42,080 bases of DNA from an uncultured Nitrospina sp. (GTDB taxonomy: Bacteria > Nitrospinota > Nitrospinia > Nitrospinales > VA-1): NCBI GenBank assembly GCA_964570185.1, contig CAZMXD010000001.1:1-42080 (forward strand), in the 5' to 3' direction. Under the pieces are notes generated by a model. The model saw only the letters and a list, made by a program, of their open reading frames with translations. It was not told the origin of the DNA and ran no database searches. This document shows, in pieces, positions 9,603 to 19,439 of this stretch (positions are counted from its first letter, which is position 1; each line of letters opens with the position of its first letter). The translations under genes were made by a program, and so were the position numbers.

Positions 9603-11120
9603 TTAAATGGTTTTGTTGTGTCTCTTTGCAAGTAAGAATAATTGGTAATCCAGGGCAAATCCAAACATCTTGTGTTTCCACCTGAATCTGACAATTTTTG
9701 CAAAGACTTCGTAGACACATACGAAAAGTATTTTTTTGATTGGATTGTCAATCCTTCCTTTTGCCCATATTATGGTATCAGAATCAAGAAACATAAATAT
9801 ATAACTCGATATCATGGAGACCAATTCTGCCTGTTTGGTGGTGACCCACGGTGTTTGTTTTTCGTAAAGCTTCATTTGTGCCCAACCGTCGAGCTGTTTG
9901 GGTTCTTGAAAACCCAGTTTGACGGCAGTGTCGTATAGAGGTGTGCCGGGATAGGGCATGTAGATAAACATTTGTCCTCGATTGCGACTGTCATAAGTAA
10001 GAAATTTATCTAGCATTTTAATAGTGGCATCAATTTGGCCGCTGGTTTTCTTGGTTAATTCCTGATGAGTATGGTTTAACATGGGTATCCCAACCAGTGT
10101 TGAGAAGATGACTTTTACACCATACTTTTGACACTTTTCAGCAAACTTATAATTGTCTTCAACGTCCATATCTTTGTCAATGACGTCCAAGGATTCTTGA
10201 TCGCCTGATTCGGCGCCGCATAAAATGCTATAGGTCCGAGAATCTCTTAATAACTCCCAAAGTTCATCATCGGCTTCGGCTAATTGTTTAGCTCTGCCAT
10301 CGAGATTGCCGAGTCTTAAAGTCAGGCCCCTGTCGATAATACCCTTCAGGATGGCTTTCGCTCTTTTAACATTTACGAAAAATAAGCTGTCGTACAAATT
10401 GACTCCGTTGACATTGTAATTGTTCTGTAATCTTTCTAGATCATCCAGAACAGCCTCTGGATTCAATCCCACCCAGCTCCGATTATTTACGGTAACTTCG
10501 CTACAGAAAGCACACCGATAAGGGCAACCATAACTAGAGACATAATTTATGGTTCTGTTTCCAAATTCGGTCACCATGAGACATTTTTCTATGTCAACCA
10601 GATGATAGGGTAGAGATGGCCAGTCATCAATCGATTCAAGACTTCTATCAGCATTGGTAAACACATCTCCATTTTCTTTCCAAATTACTCCAGGAATGTC
10701 ATGGTAGCTCTCACCCGCCTCAATCTGTTTTACAACATCATACAAGGCTCGAGCTCCTTGCCCTTTGATCACAATATCAACATAGGGACTTTCAAGGACC
10801 TGATAGGGGTGAACTGACGGGTGCCACCCGCCCCAAACGATTTTTATGTTTTTATTTGCCTTTTTGGCAATTTCGCTTGCCTTAAGTCCCCCTTGGATTT
10901 GTAATCCGGTCATGGCAGATATGCCTAAAACCAAGGCTTCTTTTGCAGATTCTCGAATTTCCTCATAGGGGTCGGGATAGAGATTTTCGGCAATGATATT
11001 TATTGGATAACCTTCCTTGTCAAGAAAACGGGAAACGCAAATAAGGGAAATGGGAAGGTCGACGGGTTTGTAATAAGGGTCGGGTCTCGGGTTGAATAAA
11101 AGTATTGAGTTGTTCATCAA
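9603..11120 (-). CDS. B12-binding-domain radical SAM protein
   Basis: 505-aa ORF. N-terminal Rossmann-like B12-binding region (LVLGISAMTG ... VWGGWHPS), followed by the CX3CX2C cluster SSYGCPYRCAFCSE. The architecture is typical of class B radical SAM enzymes. Substrate unknown. Confidence 0.85.
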   Translation of the reverse strand: MMNNSILLFNPRPDPYYKPVDLPISLICVSRFLDKEGYPINIIAENLYPDPYEEIRESAKEALVLGISAMTGLQIQGGLKASEIAKKANKNIKIVWGGWHPSVHPYQVLESPYVDIVIKGQGARALYDVVKQIEAGESYHDIPGVIWKENGDVFTNADRSLESIDDWPSLPYHLVDIEKCLMVTEFGNRTINYVSSYGCPYRCAFCSEVTVNNRSWVGLNPEAVLDDLERLQNNYNVNGVNLYDSLFFVNVKRAKAILKGIIDRGLTLRLGNLDGRAKQLAEADDELWELLRDSRTYSILCGAESGDQESLDVIDKDMDVEDNYKFAEKCQKYGVKVIFSTLVGIPMLNHTHQELTKKTSGQIDATIKMLDKFLTYDSRNRGQMFIYMPYPGTPLYDTAVKLGFQEPKQLDGWAQMKLYEKQTPWVTTKQAELVSMISSYIFMFLDSDTIIWAKGRIDNPIKKILFVCVYEVFAKIVRFRWKHKMFGFALDYQLFLLAKRHNKTI

Positions 11121-11302
11121 TTTTTAATCAAGAAATAGACTCTAATCATAGCGATACTTTTAGCAGAAATTTTAAACGGAAGCGTTGTAATTATGAGTGA
11201 CTCTGCCTCTGGTATCAGAGACCCATTTTCAGCGTTTGATTATAACTAATTTTTAGGTGTGAAAGTCGAGTTTATACGAGTCTGTTTAAGGTGGGGCAGG
11301 TT

Positions 11303-14300
11303 TTAATCGGTAATTATATGCTTTTGAATTTCAAAATCGGAAGCGGTCCGAGTCTGCTGTATCTGGAATCGTCGAAAAAGCATTTTAGGCAATAATTTTA
11401 GCGCATCCCATTTGCTTTTGAACAAAACATTGCCTTGGCCACGATAGGTAAAATATTTTATATCCGCAAACTGATGCTTCCAAATAGAACGGAGATATTT
11501 AAAATACATTTTAAGGGAATAATTTTTAACAAAAACCCAAATATCATTGCGTTTGCATAAATAAACATAGCGGTCGCTATACAGACCTACTGTTGCTGTG
11601 CCAATATGGTAAACCTTTGACTTTGGAAGATAGACGGCTTGGAATCCTTGTAACTGGCTACGCATATTTAGATCGACATCTTCCGCAAAAATGAAGAAGT
11701 CTTCGTCAAATAGGCCGATTTGATCAAAAAGTTTTTTTCGATAAATTCCCGCTCCGGCACAGGCCCCAAAAATATAATTTTCCAGGTCGTATTGACCGAT
11801 GTCTTTTTCGCCCTGGCCTCGTCCGCCACCTGCTGACCAGGAATGGAAGAGGTCGCCTGTGTTATAAAAAACATCCCGGTTATCCAAGAACATCATTTTT
11901 GTGGTTCCCATCCCGCATTCAGGGTGTCGTTCCATTCCTTCATAAAGCTGCGTCAGCCAATCAGGGGTAACTTCTATATCATTGTTAAGTAGCGCTACAT
12001 ACTTGGCATTTGAGGTTTTAATCCCCTCATTACAGGCAATAGCGAAACCCATATTATGAGGAAGCTTTAGTAATCTCACCCACGGATATTTTTCTTCAAT
12101 CAATTCGCGGGAGCCATCCGTTGAACCATTATCAACTAAGATGACTTCAAAGTTTTTAAAATGAAGTTGTGCCAAAGAATCAAGACACATGCCGACAAAA
12201 TTAATTCCATTCCAATTGGGGACAATGACACTTACAACAGGGTTTTCGGGACAAATGCGTTCTGAAGGTTCAAGTTTTACATCCGTACTAATTACAGAAT
12301 CAATTGTGGAGCCCTGTGTTTCTTGAACTTCTTTCAGCATAGATTGAGCTCCTTGGTGGGAGGGATTTAGTTTTATACATTTTTTTAACAGTACTTTTTT
12401 TTCCCCCAGGGGGGCTAACCTAGCCATTCTAAAGAAAGCATTACCTTGAATATGCGTAAATTGTTCGGAAGAATCTGTGATTTCTTTAAATAAGGCATAG
12501 GCCCCGGATGGATTACCGATATTTTCAAGAGCAGAGGCGTTAGCATATTTTAGAGTTCCATTTTCTGGATCTCCCCCCAAATACAGGCTTAAAGTTTCAT
12601 GTTTTGGCCTTATTTCAATATCCATTTCTGATAGAGCTTTTACAATCATAGTATGTAGCCACTCTCTATCTTTTTGCGACTTAATGTCTTTAGATTCATC
12701 CAATAAATTTTTTAGCCTGTCACGATTTTTTATTGCCAACAAGCATTCGATACAGAGTTCCCAGGAATCCCAGCGTTCGGGGTGTTGTTTCCTATAGCTG
12801 TCAAAGTTTTCCAGGGCTTCTTGGTATTTTTTCTGGTTTTTTAGCTGAACTCCAACCAACAAAGAATTTTCATGGTTTGATCCAAAGTATTTTATCTCTT
12901 CTTCATACAGCTGAATTGCCTCATCAAACTTATTCAATTTGATTTTTATTGTGGCAAGATGCAATCTCAAGTCTGGCCACTTAGGAGATAATTTAATGGC
13001 TTTTTCAAAAGCCTTTTCCGCTTGTTTAGGCAAATTGAGCGCGGAATAGATTTCTCCTAAATAAAGATTGCCCTCCTTGTCGTCAGGATTCAAGCGCAGT
13101 AGATTTCGACATTCCTTGAATGCTATGGTCAATTTACCTCTTTCCAAATCTTTCCGATTTAATGCCGGGGCATGCCACTTCCCTTGTGTCAGCTCTTGCA
13201 TTTGCCGCATTTTATCCTGCCACGGTAATGAGATTGGATTTGTCGTTGTGAAAATTGAACTTTTCAAGCGGTAAACGGGGAACCTTGCCAATACCACTTT
13301 TAAAAGTTCATATTTTAAACCAGTAACTTCTTCCAGCTTTTGCATATCGAGATCTGGAAATGTTTTGATAATGTATTTAGGTTTATGTTTTATTAGCCCG
13401 CCTATTATACTGTCATAAAACCCCTCGAGATCCTTTGTGTCCCATGGACCTATTGTATAGTGGAGAAAATTATCTGCTGCCGGGCAATCGGTCAAATGAT
13501 AGAGCTGAGAGAAGGTGCCCCATACAAAAATTCGTTCGTTGGACTCTCGACGCATTCTCATGAGTCGTTTAAGAATTTTCCCCAACCTTGGAATATATAA
13601 GTATTGATCATATTTTTCATATCGCACCAGAGTTTCGCGATCAGTGGGTTTTACGTAATAAAAAAGAAGGGACTTTATATTGCAGATGAGAATGATTCCA
13701 AAAATCACCGCAACTGTTGTTGCCAGTGCATGTTCCTGGTGCATAACCCAATGCATTCCCAGACCGCATCCTGCGGAAAGCAATGCAAACCAGGGGAGAT
13801 AGTGGTACCTGGAAAACGCACGTTGTAAAACGATAGTGCTCAAAGTTATTAAGGTGAAAGTGGCCAACCAGAGTGTTTCTGCTTTAGCGACAAAGAATGC
13901 AAGTGCTGTTATACCTCCTATCCAAATAGGTAAGGCTTGCTTTATTAGTAAAGCTATTTCCGACCAAATACTGAAATGAAGAGTTTTGGTTTTAGTAATC
14001 CGCAGGGTAGTCGCCATGCGAGTCTTCATTTGCTTCAAGGATTGGGCATCCAAAAATCCAAGCTTCCACTCAATTAAATTAGAAATAATGATTACGCCTG
14101 TTGTTGCAAAGGCGAAAATCAACGCGGATGATTCTCCATGATAAATCCATACTAAAGGAGTTATGGCTCCGCCGTAAATAATCATAGTGTACTTAGCTAT
14201 GGCGGCAAGGCCAAAGCAAAGCCCGGCATAAAAAACTGAGCCATTAAATAAAAAAGCAAGCCCTGAAAAAATAAATGGGATATAAAATTGTTCGAAATTA

Positions 14301-14686
14301 AAAGAGCCGGCTGTCAGATCTGGTGAAGTTCCATAAAACGAGTAAAGTATTCCGCCTGCAAATGCGGCCCATGGATTTTGTGTGACAACCAAAACCAGCC
14401 AGTAAATGGAAATGCACGCCGCTGCATGGAAAAAAGTTTGTAAATTTCGGATCCTTGCATGACCTTTTTCGGGAGAGAAAAAAACCTTGTCGAAAAGCAT
14501 CATCTTCCACATGGGGATGCCTATAATCTGCAGGTCATCTTTCCAGCTAAAACCTTTCTTCGCAAACCGGGCGCAGTAGGTGTAAATAGCAAAATCATCG
14601 TCCAAAGGAAAGTTCCGAAAGGGCAGTCGGCAAATACCTGCCAAGACGATAATAAGTAGAATATGAAATATAATTAAAGGGTCCAT
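11303..14686 (-). CDS. three-module fusion: polytopic GT-C-like membrane domain, TPR repeats, C-terminal GT2 glycosyltransferase
   Basis: 1127-aa ORF. The first 340 aa or so are highly hydrophobic (about 10 TM), with an acidic first loop FPLDDDFAIYTY. Residues around 510-800 carry TPR-like AxxxY/FxxAL repeats (GEIYSALNLPKQAEKAFEKAIKLSP ...). The C-terminus has VSVIVPNWNG...VILVDNGSTDGS...LLNNDIEV...FAEDVDLNMR, a GT2 (rhamnosyltransferase-like) pattern. Confidence 0.8.
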   Translation of the reverse strand: MDPLIIFHILLIIVLAGICRLPFRNFPLDDDFAIYTYCARFAKKGFSWKDDLQIIGIPMWKMMLFDKVFFSPEKGHARIRNLQTFFHAAACISIYWLVLVVTQNPWAAFAGGILYSFYGTSPDLTAGSFNFEQFYIPFIFSGLAFLFNGSVFYAGLCFGLAAIAKYTMIIYGGAITPLVWIYHGESSALIFAFATTGVIIISNLIEWKLGFLDAQSLKQMKTRMATTLRITKTKTLHFSIWSEIALLIKQALPIWIGGITALAFFVAKAETLWLATFTLITLSTIVLQRAFSRYHYLPWFALLSAGCGLGMHWVMHQEHALATTVAVIFGIILICNIKSLLFYYVKPTDRETLVRYEKYDQYLYIPRLGKILKRLMRMRRESNERIFVWGTFSQLYHLTDCPAADNFLHYTIGPWDTKDLEGFYDSIIGGLIKHKPKYIIKTFPDLDMQKLEEVTGLKYELLKVVLARFPVYRLKSSIFTTTNPISLPWQDKMRQMQELTQGKWHAPALNRKDLERGKLTIAFKECRNLLRLNPDDKEGNLYLGEIYSALNLPKQAEKAFEKAIKLSPKWPDLRLHLATIKIKLNKFDEAIQLYEEEIKYFGSNHENSLLVGVQLKNQKKYQEALENFDSYRKQHPERWDSWELCIECLLAIKNRDRLKNLLDESKDIKSQKDREWLHTMIVKALSEMDIEIRPKHETLSLYLGGDPENGTLKYANASALENIGNPSGAYALFKEITDSSEQFTHIQGNAFFRMARLAPLGEKKVLLKKCIKLNPSHQGAQSMLKEVQETQGSTIDSVISTDVKLEPSERICPENPVVSVIVPNWNGINFVGMCLDSLAQLHFKNFEVILVDNGSTDGSRELIEEKYPWVRLLKLPHNMGFAIACNEGIKTSNAKYVALLNNDIEVTPDWLTQLYEGMERHPECGMGTTKMMFLDNRDVFYNTGDLFHSWSAGGGRGQGEKDIGQYDLENYIFGACAGAGIYRKKLFDQIGLFDEDFFIFAEDVDLNMRSQLQGFQAVYLPKSKVYHIGTATVGLYSDRYVYLCKRNDIWVFVKNYSLKMYFKYLRSIWKHQFADIKYFTYRGQGNVLFKSKWDALKLLPKMLFRRFQIQQTRTASDFEIQKHIITD

Positions 14687-14949
14687 ATGGGTTTAAGGTA
14701 TAACCCTCTTTCAAAGTGCTGGCTGAAGAACAGGTAATTTATTCGGCTTACCTTATCTATAATTTATCGGTAAAATTTTAAGTACGCTTTAGTCGCTATA
14801 TGGCCCGAAAGATTCAGAGGATTGGAAAAGAAAAACTAGCTTAAGTATAAATAAGGCAGACCCGAGGTTCAACCTTCTGTTCTAAACTGTCAGGGTTCGG
14901 GCCTTGCTTGCTTTTCATCTGTATATTAGAGAAAATAGTCCGAAAATTA

Positions 14950-16087
14950 ATGAATATGGTAAATGGAATGCAAGAAGATCACAGTAAACTTTTCAAAGAT
15001 ATCGAAGCTAGAATAGACCAACTCAGGGGGTTTCTTTGACGTTGAAAATAAATTAAAAACCCTTGAATCTTTGGATGAAATAATTGCCCAGCCAGGATTT
15101 TGGGAAGACAATCAAGAAGCGCAGAAGTCTCTTCAAAGCAGGTCTGCGTTGCAACGCCAGGTTGAAATTTGGAAAAACCTTCAAAAAGCCAGTGATGACA
15201 TTGGCGCCATGCTCGAATTATCGGAAGAGGAAAATGACCCCTCCTTTCTAGTTGAAGTTCAGTCCTCTTTAAAAGATCTTGATGAGCAGGTTGCTGGAGC
15301 CGAGTTTAAGGCACTCCTTTCAGAAAAAAATGATTTTAATAACGCTTTCTTAGCTATTAACTCTGGTGCGGGGGGTACAGAGTCTCAGGACTGGGCTGAT
15401 ATGTTGCTTAGGATGTACCTGCGATGGGGGGATCGAAATGGATTTAAAACAGAAGTTCTTGATACCCAGTATGGGGATGAAGCAGGGATAAAAAGTGCCA
15501 CCGTGCAATTCTCTGGTGATTATGCTTTTGGATATTTGAAAACGGAAATTGGGGTGCATCGTCTGGTAAGAATCTCTCCTTTTGATTCCAATAAGAGGAG
15601 GCATACTTCTTTTGCTTCGGTTTTTGTTTATCCCGAGGCGGATGAAGATATTCAAGTGGGAGTGAAAGAAGAAGATCTGAAAATTGATGTCTACCGCGCT
15701 TCGGGCCCCGGTGGTCAGGGCGTCAATACAACTGATTCAGCAGTTCGTTTGACCCATGTACCAACAGGTATCGTGGTTCAATGTCAGAATGAAAGATCAC
15801 AACATAAAAACAAAGCTTCGGCAATCAAGGTTTTGAAAGCTCGTTTATATGAAATAGAGCAGGAAAAGCAGGACGAGGAAAAAAAAGAAATGGAAAAACA
15901 AAAAAAGAAGATTGAATGGGGAAGCCAGATTCGTTCTTATGTTCTTCATCCTTATCGGCTTGTTAAAGACCTGAGAACCAATGTGGAAACCGGCAATGTA
16001 GATGCGGTCTTGGATGGCGACTTAGATATTTTTATCCAAGCGTTTCTGCGTTTTCTTGGTTCGGAACGGGGTGGTGCAATAAAATGA
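14950..16087 (+). CDS. prfB: peptide chain release factor 2, requires programmed +1 frameshift at 15034..15040
   Basis: Frame-0 leader MNMVNGMQEDHSKLFKDIEARIDQLRGFL ends at TGA 15037..15039. The +1 frame continues DVENKLKTLESLDEIIAQPGFWED into the tracked ORF 15071..16087. That ORF contains SPF (RISPFDS) and GGQ (SGPGGQGVNTTDSAVRLTH). The first ATG (14950) is taken as the start; 14956 and 14968 are alternatives. Confidence 0.93.
15025..15040 (+). promoter_or_regulatory. RF2 autoregulatory +1 frameshift site (internal SD AGGGGG, slippery CTT, TGA C)
   Basis: The sequence AGG GGG TTT CTT TGA C is nearly identical to the E. coli prfB site AGG GGG TAT CTT TGA C. Confidence 0.9.
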
Positions 16088-17094
16088 AGTCCGGCCTGCG
16101 TGCAGCGTTAGTCAACGATCCGTTTGGTGACCCTGGTCTTTTAGTCCGGTTCTTGTTCCAAAAACGATCAATATTGTTTGATTTGGGAGATATTTCGCCA
16201 TTAAGCCATGGAGAGCTTTTGAAAGTTTCACATGTTTTTGTCAGCCACACACATATTGATCACTTTATTGGTTTTGATCGCTTGCTAAGAGCGGTTTTCG
16301 GGAGTGCTAAAACGATTACCTTTTTTGGCCCTGAAAACTTTATTAAAAATGTGGAAGGGAAGCTAGCTGGTTTTACTTGGAACCTGGTGGATCGTTACGA
16401 AGAATCTTTGACCCTTAAGGTGGTCGAGTTGAGAGAGGGGAAGTTGCTAAAAGCCACCTTCAAGGCCATCGATAAGTTCAAGCGAATTGATGAACAAGAA
16501 GTTGAATTTACCAATGGGATAATTCTAAATGACCCGTTATTTACAGTGACTGCTGCGATTTTAGAACACAGGGTTCCCTGTTTGGGATTTTCCTTGCAGG
16601 AAAAACTTCATGTAAATATTAATAAAGACCGATTAAATACTATGCAGATTGTTGAGGGTTCGTGGCTAAATGAGTTGAAAAAATGTGTTTTGGAAGGAAA
16701 TTTGGATTCCCATAAAATAGATGTACCCTTCAAGATAAATGGAAAATCAATAAGCGAGCAATTAACTTTGGGTGAGTTGAAGCAAAAATTGATGGATATA
16801 TCACCGGGCCAAAAAATCGGATACGTTGTGGACACGGTCTATAATGAACAAAATAAAAGAAAAATTATAGATTTGGTGCAATCCGCTGATATATTTTTTT
16901 GCGAATCCCCATTTCTTTCCGACGAAGAGGCACGCGGACAGGACAGGTTTCACCTTACCTCCCATCAGGCTGGAACCTTGGCGCGAGAAGCCTGCGCCAA
17001 ACAACTTCGGGTATTTCACTTTTCGCGTAAGCATATACTTCAGCGAGAACGTTTTTATAAAGAAGCAGAAACGGCTTTTCGGGAAAATACTTAA
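16084..17094 (+). CDS. MBL-fold metallo-hydrolase (RNase Z-like)
   Basis: 336-aa ORF. The HxHxDH motif appears in VFVSHTHIDHFIGFD, with later D/H ligand positions (FHLTSHQ). ATGA start/stop overlap with prfB at 16084..16087. Confidence 0.8.
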   Translation: MKSGLRAALVNDPFGDPGLLVRFLFQKRSILFDLGDISPLSHGELLKVSHVFVSHTHIDHFIGFDRLLRAVFGSAKTITFFGPENFIKNVEGKLAGFTWNLVDRYEESLTLKVVELREGKLLKATFKAIDKFKRIDEQEVEFTNGIILNDPLFTVTAAILEHRVPCLGFSLQEKLHVNINKDRLNTMQIVEGSWLNELKKCVLEGNLDSHKIDVPFKINGKSISEQLTLGELKQKLMDISPGQKIGYVVDTVYNEQNKRKIIDLVQSADIFFCESPFLSDEEARGQDRFHLTSHQAGTLAREACAKQLRVFHFSRKHILQRERFYKEAETAFRENT

Positions 17095-17175
17095 GCGGGT
17101 TTTCGAGAAAAAAATAGACCTTGAGCTCTCATTCTTTTAGAAACATCGCTTTTTCAAAGGATATTAAGGATTTTA

Positions 17176-17868
17176 ATGTTGCAAAAGTCTTCATATGACA
17201 AAGCCAGACCTTCCAAACTCACGCAACTGCTGATTTATTTTAGGCAACTTATTTTTTCGGGCTCCCAAAACTATTGGGAGAAACGTTATTCTTTAGGTGG
17301 AAATTCAGGCGAAGGTTCTTATGGGAAAAGCGCAGAGTTTAAATCTGAGATCTTGAACAAACTTGTTCGCGAAAATTCTATCGATTTGGTTACAGAATAC
17401 GGATGCGGAGATGGAAACCAGCTTGCCTATGCGGATTATCCTAGATATATTGGGCTAGATATATCTAGGCAGGCAGTAAGCCTCTCATCTTTATTGTTTT
17501 CAGAAGACTCTACCAAAAATTTCTTTGTATACGATCCTGACCAATTTGAAACTAATCAGAAAAAATTTTCGGCCGAGTTAGTGCTATCTTTAGACGTTAT
17601 TTATCATCTGGTAGAAGATGATGTTTATCGTAAATATCTAACAAACGTATTTAACTCCGCGAAGAAATTTGTGGTAATTTTTTCTTCTAATGAGGAGGTT
17701 ACTTCGGCATTGCACTCCAAGCATGTTCGGCATAGAAAGTTTACCTGTGATGTTGAGGAATGGTTTCCGGCCTGGGAACTTAAAGAAACCATTAAGAACA
17801 ATCAACTAAAAAACAAATCGAAAATCAATGAACCTTCAATTGATTTTTTTATTTTTCAAGCCTGTTAA
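17176..17868 (+). CDS. class I SAM-dependent methyltransferase
   Basis: 230-aa ORF. Motif I is VTEYGCGDGNQL, with an acidic post-I residue (IGLDIS) and LSLDVIYHL (motif II/III region). Confidence 0.7.
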   Translation: MLQKSSYDKARPSKLTQLLIYFRQLIFSGSQNYWEKRYSLGGNSGEGSYGKSAEFKSEILNKLVRENSIDLVTEYGCGDGNQLAYADYPRYIGLDISRQAVSLSSLLFSEDSTKNFFVYDPDQFETNQKKFSAELVLSLDVIYHLVEDDVYRKYLTNVFNSAKKFVVIFSSNEEVTSALHSKHVRHRKFTCDVEEWFPAWELKETIKNNQLKNKSKINEPSIDFFIFQAC

Positions 17869-17909
17869 AACAAGTCTGGTTTTCAAAACAACTTTAAAGA
17901 ACCTTTTTA

Positions 17910-19439
17910 ATGATTTGGATTGATTTTGCCTTATTGTGGTATGCCTCCATTCGCACGTGTCTTAATCGGTGTGAATGGGCACTCAAGTGGGAAAAGCTGG
18001 CATTGGCTTTTCTATTTGCCTTGGGATTGAAAAGCTTGCTTTTATTTTTTCTGATTCGTTTGGGCATCAAGCCCAGTGTAAGTATCCAGGTAAGTTTCAG
18101 CATATTGATTTTGATTTTTACCTTGTTCCTTCCCGCAAGAGCAAGTTTCGAAGAAGAACCAACTGGGGGCAGGGTATTGTTCTCGCTGACTCTGCTATGT
18201 GTGGGCGGGCTTTTTATATTCAGCATGATCAACGCATGGTTTTTCCCGATAACGCAGTCGGATGCTATTTGGTATCACATTAGGGGCATGACTTTTTTTA
18301 ACGAGGTCCGCTTTGATTCGGATTGGGTGGTCCCGCAACTTAAACAATACTCTCCTTTCATTCCTCTCTTATTTGCTTATCTCTTTTCGTTTGAGGTGGG
18401 TTTTTTAAAGATAATTTTTCCTCTTTTATACCTTTGTCTCAATATTATTTTTTACTCGCGTGTTTTGTCTTTAACTGAAAACAAAAAAATGGCCTGTCTG
18501 TTTACAATGATCTTGGCAACAACCCCTTATTTTTGGTGGCATGGCGTGCTGCCGTTTCTTGATATGACGACAGCAGTTTTTTACTCAACTGGAATTTTGT
18601 ACTGGTATTTTTGGCTTCAAACTGAAATATTGGACAAAGTCCCTCTCCTGGTATCAACCAAAGCATTTGGCGAGGGTTCATCATTAAATAAAAATAGTTC
18701 CTATGCCATGGTTAGCGGGCTTTTATTGGGATTGGCTGCCTGGACCCGCATAGAATTTCTTTTGTATGATTTGATTCCGATTTTCTTGACAATCTTTGCT
18801 TATAACCGATATCAAAATGGAAATACAAATCCAAAATCTTTAGGAGTATTTTTTATAGCCCTGCTTTTCTTTCCTTCTATTTGGTTTTTAAATTTATTCA
18901 CATTTGAGATGGATCTCTTGAGTCAAACCGAAATGGTGAGCGGAGTTTGTATATTCTTGTGGCTCCTCGTTTTAGGCCTAAAGTTTAGAAAGTGGAAAAT
19001 TTCTGAACCAAGTGTGCTTTTGGCATTATTTGTTTCAGTTATAGGATATTTTGTTTTGCTTTTAATAGTGGGAATCGGGCCTGTTCCAGTATGGAAAAAA
19101 ATTATAATTAGTTTGTATAGAACCTCAACGGTCCATATTTTTTATTTATTTACGCCCGCTCTTGCTTTTTATCTGTTTTTTGAAAAGCTTAAAGATTTGT
19201 CCGAAGTAAAAAAGATTTTAGGTTGTTTTCTGATTTTATTTCTTTTCACCCATTTGGCGATATTTACATACGCCAATCCCAAATGGTCAACCCTCGGCGA
19301 GTTTATTTATGCGACATTTATCCAACCTGGAAATAGCGTTAACCTGTCTGATACGCGTGGGATGATGTCTTTCTATCCTGTTTTCATATTTTTTATTTCA
19401 TCACTATCTTTTGTAAGGCAGAGGCTAATTAATGGTTAA
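17910..19439 (+). CDS. polytopic membrane protein, GT-C (ArnT/PMT-like) glycosyltransferase candidate
   Basis: 509-aa ORF with at least 11 hydrophobic segments. An acidic/aromatic first loop (ITQSDAIWYHIRGM) is placed as in GT-C enzymes. No soluble domain. The family call is tentative. Confidence 0.6.
   Translation: MIWIDFALLWYASIRTCLNRCEWALKWEKLALAFLFALGLKSLLLFFLIRLGIKPSVSIQVSFSILILIFTLFLPARASFEEEPTGGRVLFSLTLLCVGGLFIFSMINAWFFPITQSDAIWYHIRGMTFFNEVRFDSDWVVPQLKQYSPFIPLLFAYLFSFEVGFLKIIFPLLYLCLNIIFYSRVLSLTENKKMACLFTMILATTPYFWWHGVLPFLDMTTAVFYSTGILYWYFWLQTEILDKVPLLVSTKAFGEGSSLNKNSSYAMVSGLLLGLAAWTRIEFLLYDLIPIFLTIFAYNRYQNGNTNPKSLGVFFIALLFFPSIWFLNLFTFEMDLLSQTEMVSGVCIFLWLLVLGLKFRKWKISEPSVLLALFVSVIGYFVLLLIVGIGPVPVWKKIIISLYRTSTVHIFYLFTPALAFYLFFEKLKDLSEVKKILGCFLILFLFTHLAIFTYANPKWSTLGEFIYATFIQPGNSVNLSDTRGMMSFYPVFIFFISSLSFVRQRLING

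Noticed and set aside
9603-11120. Calling the radical SAM enzyme a hopanoid methylase (HpnP/HpnR)
   Set aside because: Only the generic class B architecture is visible. There are no diagnostic residues I can verify, and no hopanoid core genes lie in the window.
11121-11302. Possible cobalamin riboswitch upstream of the B12-binding radical SAM gene
   Set aside because: There is no B12-box-like GCCACTG core or extended conserved structure visible on the minus strand.
12395-12414. Homopolymer cluster T8-C5-A-G6 inside the GT-C/TPR/GT2 gene as a phase-variation switch
   Set aside because: The reading frame is intact through it (…LAPLGEKKVLL…) and there is no evidence of variability. It is only a place to check for sequencing errors.
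14855-14915. tRNA-like T-loop strings (GGTTCAACC, GGTTCGGG) and a bulged long hairpin AAGG..CCCGA / TCGGG..CCTT upstream of prfB
   Set aside because: No acceptor, D or anticodon arms can be built. It is probably just a 5'-region hairpin, and I cannot show a function.
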